From a virus, in the IMG/VR virus record IMGVR_UViG_3300028640_000036: a stretch of 27,939 nt of DNA. One strand, 5' to 3'. The notes beneath the pieces are model-generated. The model made no database searches, had not been told where the DNA came from, and worked only from the letters and a program-made list of their open reading frames with translations. This document shows, piece after piece, positions 25,566-27,939 of the stretch (position 1 is its first letter; the number at the start of each line of letters is the position of its first letter). A program made the position numbers and the translations under genes.

Positions 25566-26322
25566 AGATAAATTACATAATTTTCCGACTGTTAATTGGA
25601 TAACGTTAGAAAAATCTGTGGATCGTAAAGAATACATGATTTCACAACTAGATTCTTTAGGCTTAAAACATAATATGATAGAAGGTTATGATGGCTTAAC
25701 TACAGATTACACGAATAGCCCTATTGTAAGCGGAGACTTTTTTTATCAAATGAATTCTCCTCAAATTGCTATCTCGATAAGTCATGTAAAAAATATAAAG
25801 AACTGGTTTGAAAATACTGATGAAAATTATGGCGTTTTCTGTGAAGATGATGTTTTATTTGAAACAGTTAATTATTGGAATTTTACATGGGATGATATTA
25901 TTAATAGATTACCTGAAAATTGGCAAGTTGTTCAGCTTTCTCTTATTAAAGACAATATATCTGAAGAAGATATGAAATTGAACAAACGTTATAACATAAA
26001 TTGGAGTGCAGCTTGTTATATTCTTACTCGAGAATATGCTAAATATTTTTTATCTAAATATGTTGAAGACAATGGGCATTATAGCTTAAGAGTTCCTGAT
26101 GGGTTTGTTCCTTATTCAGAAAACATTATTTTTTTCAATGAGCATCATCCATTAAGACTAAGCTTGCCGCTTTTTACTACTGCTAATTTTCAAAGTGTTT
26201 TCACCCCATTGTTTTTTGACGATTCATATACAAATGTGCATTTAAAAAGTTCAAGCTTTATTCTTAATTGGTGGAAAACACAGGCTGATAATAAAAATCA
26301 ATTAGATATATTGTTTCCTTAA
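25552..26322 (+). CDS. Glycosyltransferase family 25-like protein
   Basis: WITLEKSVDRKEYM, IEGYDG, ISISHVKNI, VFCEDD and AACYILTREYA. Confidence 0.8.
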   Translation: MIENKDKLHNFPTVNWITLEKSVDRKEYMISQLDSLGLKHNMIEGYDGLTTDYTNSPIVSGDFFYQMNSPQIAISISHVKNIKNWFENTDENYGVFCEDDVLFETVNYWNFTWDDIINRLPENWQVVQLSLIKDNISEEDMKLNKRYNINWSAACYILTREYAKYFLSKYVEDNGHYSLRVPDGFVPYSENIIFFNEHHPLRLSLPLFTTANFQSVFTPLFFDDSYTNVHLKSSSFILNWWKTQADNKNQLDILFP

Positions 26323-26349
26323 AACTTGAAAACTTGTTTTTTATATAAA
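26321..26349 (+). promoter_or_regulatory. Putative bipartite promoter AAAACTT-N16-TATAAA
   Basis: AAAACTT 26321-26327 (repeated at 26329) and TATAAA 26344-26349. Confidence 0.55.
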
Positions 26350-26374
26350 AAATAATTAAAATAAATTAAAAATA

Positions 26375-27007
26375 ATGACAAAAAAAGAAACTAAACTGAA
26401 AGTCGTCAAAGCTGAAGAAAATATCGGAAATATGGCAGATGAAGAAAATACAAATAAACCTACTCCTGAAGAAATAGAACAATATAAGAATGAATTTCAA
26501 GAGGCTCTTAAAGCTTTTTCAGAAGAGAAATGGGCCATTAGCGATAAAGGAAATTTTGCTGCAAACGATGTTGGCTTATTCATTGAAGATTTCATGAATA
26601 GATTTGCGTTTTGGTCAAAAAACGGGTGGATGGGAATGATAAAAATGTCAGAAGTTCTTCGACAAGCTATGTTATCTGCAGATGAAGAAACTCCTCTTTT
26701 GCTTGATTATCAGGCTCTTGAATTTTGCGCTTATATGTTATCTAATCCGGGTGGAATAGGTCTTGAATTAGCACTAGAATTTGAGAAAATTGCCGATAAG
26801 TTCTCAAAAATTGGAATTGTTGTTGGAGAAAAACTTGAAGACGCAAGAAAAAAACTTAAGCATGTTCAATATCTTCAAGAAAAATGGGCAGCAAGTGAAC
26901 AAGGCTTTTATCTTGCAGATTTAGAGAAAAATGCAGATAAAGAAAATGAGAATGTTTCTATTGATGGAAACACAGTAGAAATAGATTTAACAAAGGAAGA
27001 TAATTAA
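26375..27007 (+). CDS. Acidic hypothetical protein
   Basis: 210-aa ORF with no recognised motif. Confidence 0.7.
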   Translation: MTKKETKLKVVKAEENIGNMADEENTNKPTPEEIEQYKNEFQEALKAFSEEKWAISDKGNFAANDVGLFIEDFMNRFAFWSKNGWMGMIKMSEVLRQAMLSADEETPLLLDYQALEFCAYMLSNPGGIGLELALEFEKIADKFSKIGIVVGEKLEDARKKLKHVQYLQEKWAASEQGFYLADLEKNADKENENVSIDGNTVEIDLTKEDN

Positions 27008-27029
27008 AATTTATTTATAGATATGTGCT

Positions 27030-27068
27030 AAGACTCAAGAAAACTTGAGTCTTTTTTTAACATATAAA
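27030..27068 (+). promoter_or_regulatory. Terminator-like hairpin with AAAACTT at the apex, plus downstream TATAAA
   Basis: AAGACTCAAG (27030-27039), loop AAAAA, CTTGAGTCTT (27045-27054), T-tract. AAAACTT 27041-27047; TATAAA 27063-27068. Confidence 0.6.
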
Positions 27069-27109
27069 TTTAGGCATAAATAAAATATATAAAACAAAAA
27101 AACGTACAC

Positions 27110-27466
27110 ATGGCTACAACACCACAACAATTCTTTTCAAAAAACATGAAATGGTTTGCTTTAGCTTTATTGTTTTTACTTATGATTAAGAGTGTGCAAA
27201 GCTGCAACAGAAAAACTCTTTTGAATATGGGATCAAAACAATACATTGAGCAAATAGATTCTCTAAAAACTCTTTACAATAATTATTACAGGGATTCCCA
27301 GGACAGTATAAAGAAATTGAATTTCGAACTTAAACTTGCAAACGAACAGGTAAATGCTGCTAACAAAAGAGCTGAAGCTGTTCAATCTGCCGTTGAAAAA
27401 GTTCGTTCAAATACAACCATTACTGTTAAAGGCGCTGAAGAAGTTAAAGACACCTCTAAAAAATAA
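27110..27466 (+). CDS. Exported/membrane coiled-coil protein, possible lipoprotein or spanin-like
   Basis: K-WFALALLFLLMI hydrophobic segment, lipobox-like VQSC, then coiled coil. Confidence 0.6.
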   Translation: MATTPQQFFSKNMKWFALALLFLLMIKSVQSCNRKTLLNMGSKQYIEQIDSLKTLYNNYYRDSQDSIKKLNFELKLANEQVNAANKRAEAVQSAVEKVRSNTTITVKGAEEVKDTSKK

Positions 27467-27471
27467 ATACA

Positions 27472-27753
27472 ATGAACGAAATTACTCCTGAATTAAGAGA
27501 AAAAATTGCGCTATATTCAAAACATTTGCATGAAATTATTCATACAGATATTAGCGATGAAATGCTAAATGCTGTCAATATCAAAAGTGTAAGTATGATT
27601 AATGAAGTCATGACTGAATACCCAGCTGAACCACTTTTAATTGTTAAAAAATTAGATGGAACAGAAGAGCGCATCTGGGGATTTGTAAAAATCCCAGAAT
27701 ACTTGAATAATCTCATAGATCAAATTGAAAATTCAGGATACGTTAAAATATAA
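27472..27753 (+). CDS. Hypothetical protein
   Basis: 93-aa ORF in operon context. Confidence 0.6.
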   Translation: MNEITPELREKIALYSKHLHEIIHTDISDEMLNAVNIKSVSMINEVMTEYPAEPLLIVKKLDGTEERIWGFVKIPEYLNNLIDQIENSGYVKI

Positions 27754-27763
27754 AAATCATTAT

Positions 27764-27939
27764 ATGAATTTAAAAAATTTTAAAATTACAAACAAAGGTC
27801 TTTATTGGGGGCTTATTGTTACATTTGCCCTCCTATATTTGTGTGTAGGATTTGTATCAACTTTACACTCAATTACATTTTTCAACTTAGCGAATACTGT
27901 TGGCCTTGCAGTACTTCTTGGTATTACTTATGAAATTGG
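27764..27939 (+). CDS. Membrane protein, 3'-truncated by the window edge
   Basis: MNLKNFKITNKGLYWGLIVTFALLYLCVGFVSTLHSITFFNLANTVGLAVLLGITYEI... is open to the end of the window. Confidence 0.65.
   Translation, partial: MNLKNFKITNKGLYWGLIVTFALLYLCVGFVSTLHSITFFNLANTVGLAVLLGITYEI

Noticed and set aside
1-27939. Stop-codon reassignment (TAG/TGA), as seen in some large phages
   Set aside because: Code 11 gives full-length conserved genes and dense coding; TAG (10866-10868) and TGA (5457-5459) occur at natural gene ends.

Overview
A 27.9-kb AT-rich, densely coding segment of a large T4-like tailed phage (likely a jumbo myophage). All credible genes are on the + strand. Replication/recombination genes: UvsX/RecA (5'-truncated), gp41/DnaB helicase, gp47/gp46 (Mre11/Rad50), DinG-family helicase, dTMP kinase and a PD-(D/E)XK nuclease. 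Morphogenesis genes: gp15-like, gp4-like, gp2-like and gp20 portal. Two sigma factors are present (gp55-like and ECF-type). Accessory genes include an NDT-like protein, a GT25 and many small acidic or membrane proteins. The standout is at ~20050-20345: a circularly permuted (two-piece) and very compact tmRNA gene with tag (A)GEQFKEYRMAA, followed by a Seg-like GIY-YIG homing endonuclease. Intergenic regions show three recurring motifs: AAAACTT-N15/16-TATAAA (often in a hairpin apex), ATATATAAA (late-like), and a 45-bp tripartite motif seen twice. Lack of Shine-Dalgarno sites and the GE-start tag suggest a Bacteroidota host (inference). Protein calls are by visual motif recognition; no database searches were run.
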